From positions 25,229 to 89,228 of the forward strand of contig CADASL010000009.1 of the NCBI GenBank assembly GCA_902790595.1: DNA of 64,000 nucleotides, written 5' to 3'. Below the pieces are notes generated by a model that saw only the letters and a program-made list of their open reading frames with translations, searched no databases and was not told where the DNA came from. The DNA comes from an uncultured Bacteroidales bacterium (lineage in GTDB: Bacteria > Bacteroidota > Bacteroidia > Bacteroidales > SZUA-534). Below are positions 42,398 through 52,305 of the stretch, piece by piece (positions within the stretch are counted from its first letter, which is position 1; the number at the start of each line of letters is the position of its first letter). A program made the translations under genes and the position numbers.

Positions 42398-42961
42398 TTA
42401 GAATTTAAGCGAAATACCTGCGTTGAAGTAGGTGAGGTGAGTTCCTGCTATCAATTCTGCTGTAAGCGCGAAATTATCAGACAAGAAGAAACGGCATCCA
42501 GCTACGCCTGCACCGCCGAAATCTACACTTTTGTCGTCATCGAGTTCAACTTTTTTCCCATCATCTTTCCACTGATATTTCCAAGAGTGGAAAACAGGAC
42601 CAGTCATCGCACCTGCGTGAACCTCAAATTTGTCGGTGATGTTCAAACCGTAAGTTGCACGAGCCATTACTGCGATATTAGTGTATTTAATATCATATCC
42701 GACCCAACCCAAATCATCTTTGCTATGGTTGAATTCACCAAATCCGCCAACAGTGAAATGTCCTTTCCACCAAGAATTCACAAGAACATAATCACCTGAT
42801 ACGCTAGCGCCAATACCACCTGAATATTCAGAAAGGAAACCTCCTTGAATGTTCAAAGTGAAATCGCCCTCGTGGTTCGGAGCCTCAATGGCCGAGGCAT
42901 TTTGTGCTCCAAAGCACAACATTGCAGCCGCAGCTGCTACTAATAAACCTTTTACTTTCAT
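42398..42961 (-). CDS. Small outer-membrane beta-barrel protein (OmpW/OmpA-barrel-like)
   Basis: 187 aa with a signal peptide ending 'ASA', Gly/aromatic-rich strands and a terminal 'ISLKF'. Confidence 0.7.
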   Translation of the reverse strand: MKVKGLLVAAAAAMLCFGAQNASAIEAPNHEGDFTLNIQGGFLSEYSGGIGASVSGDYVLVNSWWKGHFTVGGFGEFNHSKDDLGWVGYDIKYTNIAVMARATYGLNITDKFEVHAGAMTGPVFHSWKYQWKDDGKKVELDDDKSVDFGGAGVAGCRFFLSDNFALTAELIAGTHLTYFNAGISLKF

Positions 42962-43155
42962 AATTTTAATTAATTTAATGAAACATTCTTTTGCTTGCGG
43001 CTTTTACCGTTTGCAAATACAAATGTAAGATTATTTATTGATTGTGTTCACGCAATCTTATCATCTTGTGCCGTGAACGGGAACCCCGGATTTTCAGCGG
43101 ATAAAATGAACGACGTAAATTATTGATAATTAAAGATGTTAATTGTTGATGCCAA

Positions 43156-44625
43156 CTACTTGAACGTTATCTTCTGCAAATCGTGTTTTTCAACCTTCTT
43201 TTCCAAATCTCTGACATTCAGTCGAATGGGTTCGGTAATGAATTCGGGAACGTTGAATGAATAGAACATCTCGTCGAAGTCTGCTGGCGAACGAAGCGGC
43301 AGACGGAAAGCCTTTGTTGCATTGCCGCAGGTGTCGATGTGCGCAATAAACGGCTGCGTGAACAACCCGTTCTCGCGGCGGCTCGAAACCACCATCCAGC
43401 GTCCGCTCGACGACCAGCTGTGATAACTGTCAACATCGCCACTGTTCAGGTTGTCGATGCGGTGGGTTGTGCCATCTGAAAGATTGAGCAGCCAAACATC
43501 CGACTCGGGATGCCAGATAGAGAATTGTCCGTAATCGGAAAGTGTGTAAGCCACAAAACTGCCATCGGGCGACGGTCGTGGAAACGAAACGCTTTTGCCT
43601 ATGGATGAAGCGTTTACAAGTGTGTCTGGTTGATGGCCAAACGTACCCGATTCGCTATCGAAGGCAATGCGGCAAAGGTTGTAACGCACGCTTTGTGGCG
43701 CGGTGTCCATATCAACAGCCCTTGCACTGCAGAAATAGAGCCATTTGCCGTCGGGCGAAAAATAGGGGAACGTCTCAAAATTATCCTTCGACATCAAATT
43801 CGGCGAACTCGAGAGCGTATTTGTTTTAGTATCAAGCACAACCACATCCGACCAGCGGTCGATGACTTCGATGCGTTTGGGATTGGCAGAGTGGAAAATC
43901 TGTCGGGTTTCGTTCACCGAATAGGCAATATGGCGGCCGTTGGGGTGCCACGACGGATAAACGCAGTTGCCGCGCGTGCTGTCGGTTCGGGTGTTATAAA
44001 CTTGCAACCGATTGTCTGTCAGAATCATTGTGCAACCGTGCGTACCGCGGACGTGCAGGCTCATTTTGTCGGTTTTCCATTGGCAAAACGAGTGGCAGTT
44101 GACGCAGTTGTTCTGCAGCAGATTGTTCTCAACAATCGCGCGTTGGTCGAAGTTTGAGAGATTGCGCTCATAGATGCCCATACTCGAAAACGTTTCGTAA
44201 CTTGGCGCTATCAGTCTGTAAACCAATCCGTAATCAATACTGTCGGGACTGACAAAAATCTCAAAAGGTTTGTATTGCGTCCATCGTCCGTTTTCTTTTA
44301 TCGCAACCTTGTAAATGATTGATTTACCGATGTTTTCAGCAAGCAGACAATGCCATTCGGCGATGCTGAAACTTGTGGCTTGCACCGATTGTGAGTGAAG
44401 AACCTCATTTCCATCTGACGAACAGACAGTTACATCAATTTTCTCAGCCTTGTTGATGGCCATAATGTTGAGCGGGGCAATGTTTACGGGCACTGTCACC
44501 GACTCATAATCAGGTGTTACGGGCGGCAGGGTATCGGTTGTTGCCGACACGTCAACTCGCTCGGTGCACGCTGTGCAAAGCGTTGACAATAAAATGATTA
44601 TAATATAATTTCTCATCGCCGTCAT
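43156..44625 (-). CDS. Lipoprotein with TolB/PD40-like beta-propeller and a CxxCH motif
   Basis: 489 aa with lipobox 'LCTAC'. 'NNCVNCH' is a heme-c-type CxxCH. Repeated 'SPDG(K/S)...' PD40-like blades are present. Confidence 0.6.
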   Translation of the reverse strand: MTAMRNYIIIILLSTLCTACTERVDVSATTDTLPPVTPDYESVTVPVNIAPLNIMAINKAEKIDVTVCSSDGNEVLHSQSVQATSFSIAEWHCLLAENIGKSIIYKVAIKENGRWTQYKPFEIFVSPDSIDYGLVYRLIAPSYETFSSMGIYERNLSNFDQRAIVENNLLQNNCVNCHSFCQWKTDKMSLHVRGTHGCTMILTDNRLQVYNTRTDSTRGNCVYPSWHPNGRHIAYSVNETRQIFHSANPKRIEVIDRWSDVVVLDTKTNTLSSSPNLMSKDNFETFPYFSPDGKWLYFCSARAVDMDTAPQSVRYNLCRIAFDSESGTFGHQPDTLVNASSIGKSVSFPRPSPDGSFVAYTLSDYGQFSIWHPESDVWLLNLSDGTTHRIDNLNSGDVDSYHSWSSSGRWMVVSSRRENGLFTQPFIAHIDTCGNATKAFRLPLRSPADFDEMFYSFNVPEFITEPIRLNVRDLEKKVEKHDLQKITFK

Positions 44626-46385
44626 TCGTTAAACAGATAAAACCAATAGGTGTCGCCAAAACGCGCCGCCAGACGCGAATCGTGATGGTTGGTGTTGTAA
44701 ATCTTCCCGAACTCGTAGAATTGGTCTAGCATCAGTCGGTCGGCTGTGCCGAAATCCTTCACCGCTTCGGGGTTCGTCATCCGCAAATGGAAAATGGCCG
44801 CTTCGCGGAACGCCCGCGGGTACGTAATGCTATAAAAACGTCCGCCAAATTCCGCATACTGCATAAAGTGCTCTATATCTTTGTTTAATAGATAGAAAGC
44901 CATCAGATATTCGAAGGCCTGCCGATTATTCTGATTTGTCGAAAATTTATCAAGCAGCATTGCATCTTTCTCTTTTTCAGCGTAAAAATAGTCGTTGTCA
45001 TTCTGAAAACTTCTCAGCCGCGTCCATTCAGCATTTTCGTCGGTGCGATTGCTGTCGATGGCACGGCGGCATTTTTGCGCCCATTTTGCGTAAAATGCTG
45101 TATTTTCAAGCATTGCAAGGTATTTGCGAGCCAACGGATAGTTCTTTTTAATGATGTTTGTCTCGGCAAGCCGCTTGACCGCTCTGACGCTTTCCTGATA
45201 ATCGGGATTTGCTTTGGCGGCTTCAAATGCGAACCGCTCAGCAAAATTGATGCCCCCCAAATGGTAATAAATCTCACTCAAGGCCATTGACACATCGCTA
45301 TCTGTCTCAAAATCAGGAATCAGCCCCAATGCACCAATCTGCTTGAAAGAGAACATTTTATCACCAAGACGATTTGTTTTGGCCAAAGCCAGATTAATAT
45401 ACGATGTCGTTATATTATCGGTTTGATACTTATTATCAGCAAGTTCCGTGGCTTTCTTCCAATTCTGCGTCCGAACATTATACTCAATGGCGCAGTTACG
45501 ATTGGTATTGAAATCGACATTGCTAGCAAAAACTGCTATTACTACAAAAACTGCTAATACCCAGGGAATTACAGACGAAACAGAAAAACGGCTAGAAGGA
45601 TTGTCTGACTTTTGCAAAACCTTGCTATTCAACAATTTATTAACTATAGGCAGAAAGGCCAAAAGAGAGCCGATGGCGATAGGCAGCTTTGGGAGAAAAA
45701 TCACATATCGCGAATAATCGGCCCCCAAGAAGGCGCGCGTTGCATTTAGTTGAACACCAAACAGTTGACGGGCAACAAATGGTGACGCCACAACAACTAA
45801 GACCGATAATAAAGAACTGACCAACAGCGATTTATCTTTTTTAGTCATAAAGAAATCGCAAAGCACATATCCAACGACAAACGCCGCAGGAATTCCGCCT
45901 GCAATCCAATATGTGGCAAAAACGATTACCGGAAGCAGTGCTGCAACCAACTTGTCGCTTTTTATCGAGTTGATTGATAATAGAATAAGACATCCAATTG
46001 AAATGCTGACCAATCCGTTGAGCAGCATTTGCCTGTTGAGCAAAATGCAAGCCGACAACAAGGCCACCAGAAATGCTATTTGGCAGCTGTATCTGCCTGA
46101 ATTTGGAAGACGCAGCACGCAAGCAAAAACCCCCGTCGACAGTATCGATATAAAAATCGCACCAATCTGTGGGGCAATGAAAAACTGCGTCAGAAAACGT
46201 CCTGAATACATCGCCAATCCGCCAGGACGGGTAAGCAGACCGAGAAAATATCCCGTTGTGGACTGAAAAAGTTGGTATTGCTCACCATATTGCAGCGTCG
46301 CGCCATAAGCGAAAGCGTAAAAGGCATACACGGCAATTGCCACAGCAATGCAAGGAATCGATTTCGATAATTTACTCATTGACAA
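44622..46385 (-). CDS. Polytopic membrane protein (~9-10 TM) with helical-repeat C-terminal domain
   Basis: 587 aa with ATGA overlap with the downstream PD40 gene. I cannot name the family, and the GT-C-like topology is only an inference. Confidence 0.5.
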   Translation of the reverse strand: MSMSKLSKSIPCIAVAIAVYAFYAFAYGATLQYGEQYQLFQSTTGYFLGLLTRPGGLAMYSGRFLTQFFIAPQIGAIFISILSTGVFACVLRLPNSGRYSCQIAFLVALLSACILLNRQMLLNGLVSISIGCLILLSINSIKSDKLVAALLPVIVFATYWIAGGIPAAFVVGYVLCDFFMTKKDKSLLVSSLLSVLVVVASPFVARQLFGVQLNATRAFLGADYSRYVIFLPKLPIAIGSLLAFLPIVNKLLNSKVLQKSDNPSSRFSVSSVIPWVLAVFVVIAVFASNVDFNTNRNCAIEYNVRTQNWKKATELADNKYQTDNITTSYINLALAKTNRLGDKMFSFKQIGALGLIPDFETDSDVSMALSEIYYHLGGINFAERFAFEAAKANPDYQESVRAVKRLAETNIIKKNYPLARKYLAMLENTAFYAKWAQKCRRAIDSNRTDENAEWTRLRSFQNDNDYFYAEKEKDAMLLDKFSTNQNNRQAFEYLMAFYLLNKDIEHFMQYAEFGGRFYSITYPRAFREAAIFHLRMTNPEAVKDFGTADRLMLDQFYEFGKIYNTNHHDSRLAARFGDTYWFYLFNE

Positions 46386-46473
46386 TCGGTTTAGCTATGC
46401 CCCAAATTCAAATCGCACAGCAAAGCAAGATAGCATTTATTCTGCAATTGGCTTGTAATTTGGCTTTTTACGC

Positions 46474-46514
46474 AAAAAAATTCCAGCAATTCCTAATTTC
46501 AGAATTGCTGGAAT
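46474..46514 (-). terminator. Intrinsic terminator of the symporter gene
   Basis: A perfect 12-bp stem attccagcaatt (46480-46491) / aattgctggaat (46503-46514), with a T7 run on the minus strand (46474-46480). Confidence 0.85.
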
Positions 46515-46546
46515 CATATATAAATCACAGATTGACAGCAGGTTTA

Positions 46547-48145
46547 TTATGCGGCAATCTTCTTTTTCTTCTTCTCCGTCAGCAGGCTAACCACCACAAT
46601 GGTGATGCACGAGAGCGGGAAAGCGAACATAATCGGGTCGATGAACTTCATCATTCCGTCGGTGATGAGCACGTCGGTGCCGAACAGAGCCTTGCAGACG
46701 CCCAGCGCCGTGGCTTCTTTGGCGTGGATGAACAGCAGAAGAAGAATGGTCACCACCACGCCCACAATCATACTCGCGAAAGCGCCTTGCTTTGTCACTC
46801 GTTTCCAATACAATGCGCAGAAATACGACGGCAGGAATGCCGATGCGCAGATGCCCATAAACAACGATGTGCTGATGGCGATGACAGGCGAATCGCTGTG
46901 CTCGCCAAGAACAAAGCAGATGATGTAACTGATTAATATCGAAACCAATACAGCCAAACGAACCATAATTGTCATACGGTCTTTGTGCTCGCGGTTCAGG
47001 CGGCGGCCCGAGTTGATATATGTGCCGTAGATGTCGCCGCCAGCGGCCGCGCCCATCGTGTGGAACTGCGCGCTCAAAGTGGACATACTTGCCGACAGAA
47101 TGCAGAGCATAAAGATGGTGACGAACCACGTAGGCATCACGCGGCCAATGAAATACGGGATTATCTTGTCGGATGCTTCAACCATATCGGCGGCGATTTT
47201 TCCGTCGTTCAGGTAGAAGTAAAGGTTCGATAGCGGGCCAACGTGGTAAATCACGCCCACGGTGATAATCAGGAACACACAGCCGATGGCCACACCCTGA
47301 TTCAGTTTCTTGGTGCTGTTCACCGTCATAAAGCGCACAACCAACTGCGGTTGCGCCAGGCAGCCGATGCCCACGCCCATAATCAGCGATGTGACAAGCG
47401 TGAACCACTGCTGCGACCCGAAGCGCGGCATTGCCGTCCAGCCTTGGTGACCAACGGCGGCCAGTTTTTCGGGAACTTGGTTCGAGATTCCTTCCAACGC
47501 GCGGTTGGCTTCGGCAAAGCCCATTCCCAGAGCCTTGTAAACACCGAACACCAGCACGCCCATACAGATGAACATTATCACGGCCTGCAGGGCATCGGTG
47601 TACATCACGCCCTTCATACCGCCAGCCATCACGTATGATGCCACTATCACAGTGAAAATCAGCAGCGAAAGGTCGAAACTGATGCCGAACACTTCCTGCA
47701 TACAGAACACGCCGCCACGCAGAACGGCAGCGGCATAGAGCGGCATACAAAGGAAGATGACCGATGCGGCGAAAATCCTGATACGCTTTGAGTTATAGTA
47801 GGCGCCAAGGAAGTGCGCGAACGATGTGGCGTGCAGTTTCGCGCCGATGCGACGCGTTGGTCGTCCGAAGATGATGAAGGCGATGACCACGCCCACAAAC
47901 ATATTCAGGAACATCAGCCACTGAATACCCATTCCGAAGGTTGCGGCCACACCGCCGAAACCCACTATGGCTGAAGCAGATATGAACGTGGCGCCATACG
48001 AGAGCGACATCACGATGGGGTTCATCTCGCCGCCGCCAATCAAAAAGTCTTTTGAGTTTTTCGTCTTCTTATAGCCCAAAAATCCCAAAAACGCGATGGC
48101 CAGGAAGTAGACCATCACAATCATATACATCGAAAAATTTTCCAT
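46547..48145 (-). CDS. Sodium:solute symporter family (SSF/SLC5) transporter
   Basis: 532 aa with about 13 TMs. 'GGEMNPIVMSLSYGATFISASAIVGFGG' and 'MAGGMKGVMYTDALQ'. Confidence 0.88.
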   Translation of the reverse strand: MENFSMYMIVMVYFLAIAFLGFLGYKKTKNSKDFLIGGGEMNPIVMSLSYGATFISASAIVGFGGVAATFGMGIQWLMFLNMFVGVVIAFIIFGRPTRRIGAKLHATSFAHFLGAYYNSKRIRIFAASVIFLCMPLYAAAVLRGGVFCMQEVFGISFDLSLLIFTVIVASYVMAGGMKGVMYTDALQAVIMFICMGVLVFGVYKALGMGFAEANRALEGISNQVPEKLAAVGHQGWTAMPRFGSQQWFTLVTSLIMGVGIGCLAQPQLVVRFMTVNSTKKLNQGVAIGCVFLIITVGVIYHVGPLSNLYFYLNDGKIAADMVEASDKIIPYFIGRVMPTWFVTIFMLCILSASMSTLSAQFHTMGAAAGGDIYGTYINSGRRLNREHKDRMTIMVRLAVLVSILISYIICFVLGEHSDSPVIAISTSLFMGICASAFLPSYFCALYWKRVTKQGAFASMIVGVVVTILLLLFIHAKEATALGVCKALFGTDVLITDGMMKFIDPIMFAFPLSCITIVVVSLLTEKKKKKIAA

Positions 48146-48168
48146 CTATAAATTATTGATAGTTAATA

Positions 48169-48291
48169 CTAAAGGTTGTCGGCATCGTCTTCTTTGTTCC
48201 AATACTTTATGCCAAAAATTATCGAGCCTATCACGCATAAAATCGACAGCAGATAGACAATCCAGATACCAGGGTCGGAAATACCAAACAT
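48169..48291 (-). CDS. Symporter small accessory protein (40 aa, below track cutoff)
   Basis: My translation is MFGISDPGIWIVYLLSILCVIGSIIFGIKYWNKEDDADNL*. It has a single TM and ends 23 nt upstream of the SSF start. Confidence 0.65.
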   Translation of the reverse strand: MFGISDPGIWIVYLLSILCVIGSIIFGIKYWNKEDDADNL

Positions 48292-48502
48292 TGTAATGCA
48301 GTTTTAAAATTGATGTTTAAAAAAGTGCATAAAAGTAGATAAATGTAGGATTTTGCTGATTGCTGCGGCTGATTGTACGTAAATCACTTATTGGCTACTT
48401 TTCTTTTGTCTAAATTTCATCGTATTGAACAGTAAACTTATTGGTTTCTTTCTCATATTTCCTTACATTTACCATTCAAACACATTAAAAAAGAAGATAT
48501 CT

Positions 48503-49699
48503 ATGAAAATAACAGCAAACAACCTTAACGGACAGGCAACGCTCACCGTCAGCGGGCGGATGGACACTTCCGCCACAGCCCAGGCCACTGCCGAAATCGA
48601 CAGCCAGTTGGCGGCTTGCGGCAAATTCGACACTCTGACCTGCGATGCCGCCGGGCTCGAATACATATCGAGTTCGGGCTTGCGTATTCTGTTGGGGTTG
48701 GCAAAGCGCTACCCAGACTTCCGTGTGACTGAAGTTTGTCCCGATGTGTACCAAGTGCTTGAAATGACAGGCTTTACAAAGATAATGAACGTTGAAAAGG
48801 CTATGCGGCGTTTCAGCGTCGACGGGTGCCAGATTATTGGTCGCGGCGGCGTTGGCGTGGTCTATCGCATTGATGATGATACAATTATCAAAGTTTTCCG
48901 CGAGGGCACGACTATCGACGAGGTGCAGACCGAAATCACAATGGCCAAAGAGGCGTTTGTGCTGGGAATGCCAACAGCCATTTCGTTCGACATTGTGCGC
49001 GTAGGCAGTCAGTACGGGCTTGTGTATGAGTTGCTTAAGGCCGACACATTGACAGCCTGTTTGAAGAGGGAGCCGCAGCGCATCGACGAGTTTGCAAGGC
49101 TCTATGCCAGCCTGTTCCGCCACTTGCACGACATCAAGGTGCCAAAAGGCGGCAGCATCCCGTCGTGCATCGAACGTGAGGAAGAGGCCGTGCGCATTAT
49201 CAGCCGCTATTTCGACACGCCGTCAACCGACCTTATGATGCGCATTGTTCAGGCAATCCCGCAGGGTGACCGACTTCTGCACTGCGACCTTCAGACCAAA
49301 AACGCAATGTTGCAGAACGGCGAACTGATGCTGATTGATATGGGCGAGGTTGGCTACGGGCATCCGATTATCGATTTGGGACATTCCTATTCGGCAATGG
49401 TGTCGCTCGTGGGCGATTACGAGCAGATTATCGGGCTGCCGCAACAGTTGGCTAACGATATATGGTTGAGGATGATACAATATTATTTCGAAGGTCAGAG
49501 CGCCGATTTTATCAAGCACCGCACCGAGCAGATTGCAGTGGTGGGCTGTCTGCGCAACTTCACGTGGCTCTCGTTGAGCAACTCGTTCCCCGACGAGGTG
49601 ATTCGCCACTGTCAGGAGATATTTGCCGAGCGCGTCACCAAGCGCAAAGACTATATTCTCTCGGTTTGCGACACCTTTAAGGATTGGACGTTGGAATGA
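48503..49699 (+). CDS. STAS (anti-sigma-antagonist) domain fused to an APH/ChoK-type protein-kinase-like domain
   Basis: Inner ATG (MKITANNLNGQATLTVSGRMD...). STAS motif 'LEYISSSGLRILLG'. Kinase-like G-loop 'IGRGGVGVVY', Lys 'IIKVF', Brenner motif 'HCDLQTKN' and 'LIDMGE'. Confidence 0.75.
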   Translation: MKITANNLNGQATLTVSGRMDTSATAQATAEIDSQLAACGKFDTLTCDAAGLEYISSSGLRILLGLAKRYPDFRVTEVCPDVYQVLEMTGFTKIMNVEKAMRRFSVDGCQIIGRGGVGVVYRIDDDTIIKVFREGTTIDEVQTEITMAKEAFVLGMPTAISFDIVRVGSQYGLVYELLKADTLTACLKREPQRIDEFARLYASLFRHLHDIKVPKGGSIPSCIEREEEAVRIISRYFDTPSTDLMMRIVQAIPQGDRLLHCDLQTKNAMLQNGELMLIDMGEVGYGHPIIDLGHSYSAMVSLVGDYEQIIGLPQQLANDIWLRMIQYYFEGQSADFIKHRTEQIAVVGCLRNFTWLSLSNSFPDEVIRHCQEIFAERVTKRKDYILSVCDTFKDWTLE

Positions 49700-49938
49700 A
49701 ATATTTAGGCGAGCCGCTTCGCGGGAAATTGAAAGAAAATTTATAACAAAATTATAAGAAAATGATTTTCAAAATTTTATCGCTAACCAAAACAACCCGA
49801 ATTAATCCGAACATAATGTTTGGATTCCGTTTGGATAAGTTTGGTTAGAAATGAAAATTGTAAAATTTTTTGATTGAATTTTCTACAAATTTCCGCCCGT
49901 CAGGGCGCCTAAAAAACTTGCATAAAGAAACAAACAGA

Positions 49939-52149
49939 ATGAGCACAAGATTCAGAGAATGGCGCAAGTCGCTGAAAACCAAATCGACACTAGCCATAAT
50001 AATCACGGCCGCAGTGCTGATTGAGACCACGTCGGTGGTTCAGTACAAATTTGCCAGCGATGGAATCCGCGAGGAGGTGCAGCAGCGCGCCGAGAGCGAG
50101 TTGAAAGTTCGTAACCTGAAGATTAAGAACGTGATGAGCGCCGTTGAGGTGGCGGTGCAGAATATGGAGTGGATTGTTGAGTTGTGTCTCAGTCAGCCCG
50201 ACTCGATGTACGCTGTGACGCGTAAGATGCTAACTTGCAACGATATAATTGTTGGTAGCGCCGTAGCCTTCGAGCCGAACTATTATCCTAAAAAAGGCCG
50301 CCAATTCTCGCCATACTCTTACAAAACCGAAGACGGCACTATCCGCAGCAAGCAACTCGGCACCGACGATTATGAGTATCACGATATGGAGTGGTACGCC
50401 GTGCCAATGCGCAACAACCGTCCGCACTGGAGCGAGCCTTACTACGACGAGGGCGGAGGCGAGATGATGATGTCGACCTACTCAATGCCCATTCACGACG
50501 CCACGGGCCGCACCGTTGGCATTTTCACCGCCGACGTGTCGCTCGACTGGCTGGGCGAAGTTATCAACGCCAACCGAATCTATCCGTCGTCAGTGAATAT
50601 GATGATTTCGCGCACTGGCCAGATGATGGCCTGCCCCGTTGAGAGCCTTGTGATGCGCACCAACATTATCGACCTGTCGGCAGGAATCAAAGACACTTCG
50701 GTCAAGAGCCTGAACCGCGATATGATGGCGGGCGGAAGCGGCTGTGCCACCGTCACCGACGACAACGGCGACCTGAACTACGTCTATTACGCGCCCGTCG
50801 ATAACGGCACGGGCTGGTCGATGGCTGTCATTTGCCGCGACCGCGAGATATACAATGGTCTTCGCCAAATTGCCTTCAACCTGTTTGTGATGATGATTAT
50901 CGGCCTGATTCTTCTGGGCTTCATAATTGCGCGCACCATTCGCAGCATTAACCGTCTGCAGAAGGTGAGCGCCGAAAAGGAGCGCATTGGCAGCGAGTTG
51001 CACATTGCCAGCGAGATTCAGAAGGGTATGCTGCCGAAGATTTTCCCGCCTTATCCCGACCGCAACGATATTGAGATTTTCGGCCACCTGGTGCCAGCCA
51101 AGGAGGTGGGCGGCGACTTGTTCGACTTCTATATCCGCGACGAGAAACTGTTCTTCTGCATAGGCGATGTGTCGGGCAAGGGCGTTCCAGCGTCGTTGGT
51201 GATGGCCGTCACAAGGGCGCAGTTCCGCACGCTGTCGGCGCACGAGTCGTCGCCCGACCGCATTGTCACGGCGATGAACGACGCAATGTCGGAAATGAAT
51301 GATGCCAATATGTTTGTGACGTTCTTCATTGGCGTGCTCGACCTGCCGACAGGCCGTATGCGCTACTGCAATGCGGGCCACAACTCGCCGCTACTCATAG
51401 GCTCGGGCGTGGGACCGCTCAAATGCGGCTCAAACATTCCTATCGGCGTGATGACAGGTTGGAAGTACACCGCCCAGGAGACGCATATCGACTGCAACAC
51501 AACTATATTCCTGTTTACCGATGGCCTGACCGAAGCCGAAAACGTTGAGCACGAACTATTTGGTGATGACCGAATGATGCAAACCGCACGAGAGGCTCTG
51601 GCCGCAAAAAAACTTCAGCCCGAAGCACTTATCGGTCAGATGATGACTGCCGTTCACGCTTTTGTGGGCACCGCCGACCAAAGCGACGACCTGACAATGC
51701 TTGCCGTGCAATACACCAAGCCGCAGGTTGACGAGAAATTCCAGCGCAGCGTGACGCTTCACAACAATATCGACGAGATTCCGCACTTGGCCGAATTTGT
51801 CGAAGGCGTGTGCGAGGCCGTTGGCTTCGATGCCGCCCTGACAATGCAGATGAACCTTGCCATTGAGGAGGCAGTGGTGAATGTCATTAATTATGCCTAT
51901 CCGCCAGGAACACACGGAGTTATCAATATAAAGGCACAGGCCAACGACGAGCGTTTGAAATTCGTCATTATCGACAGCGGCACCCCCTTCGACCCCACGG
52001 TGAAAGATGATGTTGACATTTCGCTGCCAGCCGAGCAGCGCCCCATCGGCGGACTCGGCATCCACCTTGTGCGCCAACTGATGGACACCATCAACTACGA
52101 ATACACCGACGGCCAAAACGTGCTGTCGCTGAGGAAGAAGTTGAAATAG
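49939..52149 (+). CDS. Cache-like sensor - TM - SpoIIE/PP2C phosphatase - RsbW/SpoIIAB-like HATPase kinase fusion
   Basis: Inner ATG (MSTRFREWRK...). Two TMs flank about 290 aa of periplasmic Cache-like domain. PPM region 'GGDLFDF...IGDVSGKGVPASL...LFTDGLTEA...SDDLTMLAV'. C-terminal 'EEAVVNVINYAY...IIDSGTPFDP...GGLGIHLVRQLMD'. Confidence 0.8.
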   Translation: MSTRFREWRKSLKTKSTLAIIITAAVLIETTSVVQYKFASDGIREEVQQRAESELKVRNLKIKNVMSAVEVAVQNMEWIVELCLSQPDSMYAVTRKMLTCNDIIVGSAVAFEPNYYPKKGRQFSPYSYKTEDGTIRSKQLGTDDYEYHDMEWYAVPMRNNRPHWSEPYYDEGGGEMMMSTYSMPIHDATGRTVGIFTADVSLDWLGEVINANRIYPSSVNMMISRTGQMMACPVESLVMRTNIIDLSAGIKDTSVKSLNRDMMAGGSGCATVTDDNGDLNYVYYAPVDNGTGWSMAVICRDREIYNGLRQIAFNLFVMMIIGLILLGFIIARTIRSINRLQKVSAEKERIGSELHIASEIQKGMLPKIFPPYPDRNDIEIFGHLVPAKEVGGDLFDFYIRDEKLFFCIGDVSGKGVPASLVMAVTRAQFRTLSAHESSPDRIVTAMNDAMSEMNDANMFVTFFIGVLDLPTGRMRYCNAGHNSPLLIGSGVGPLKCGSNIPIGVMTGWKYTAQETHIDCNTTIFLFTDGLTEAENVEHELFGDDRMMQTAREALAAKKLQPEALIGQMMTAVHAFVGTADQSDDLTMLAVQYTKPQVDEKFQRSVTLHNNIDEIPHLAEFVEGVCEAVGFDAALTMQMNLAIEEAVVNVINYAYPPGTHGVINIKAQANDERLKFVIIDSGTPFDPTVKDDVDISLPAEQRPIGGLGIHLVRQLMDTINYEYTDGQNVLSLRKKLK

Positions 52150-52305
52150 TTAGGAGTTAGAATTGAGGATTTAGGAGTATAAAGGGCTATAAAAAACTAA
52201 ACCCACCGACTTGACTTGCGTCAGGGGACGGTGGGATTCAACAATGCAAATGTAGGAAAGATTTTTGATAAGGCAAGACATACAACAATTTTTTTCGATA
52301 AAGAA

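Noticed and set aside
52205-52238. A hairpin 'cccaccgacttgacttgcgtcaggggacggtggg', considered as a tRNA fragment or att site next to the Abi gene.
   Set aside because: It has no cloverleaf or T-loop (GTTCGAATC-like) features and no second copy flanking the island. It is more simply a terminator-like hairpin of the upstream gene.
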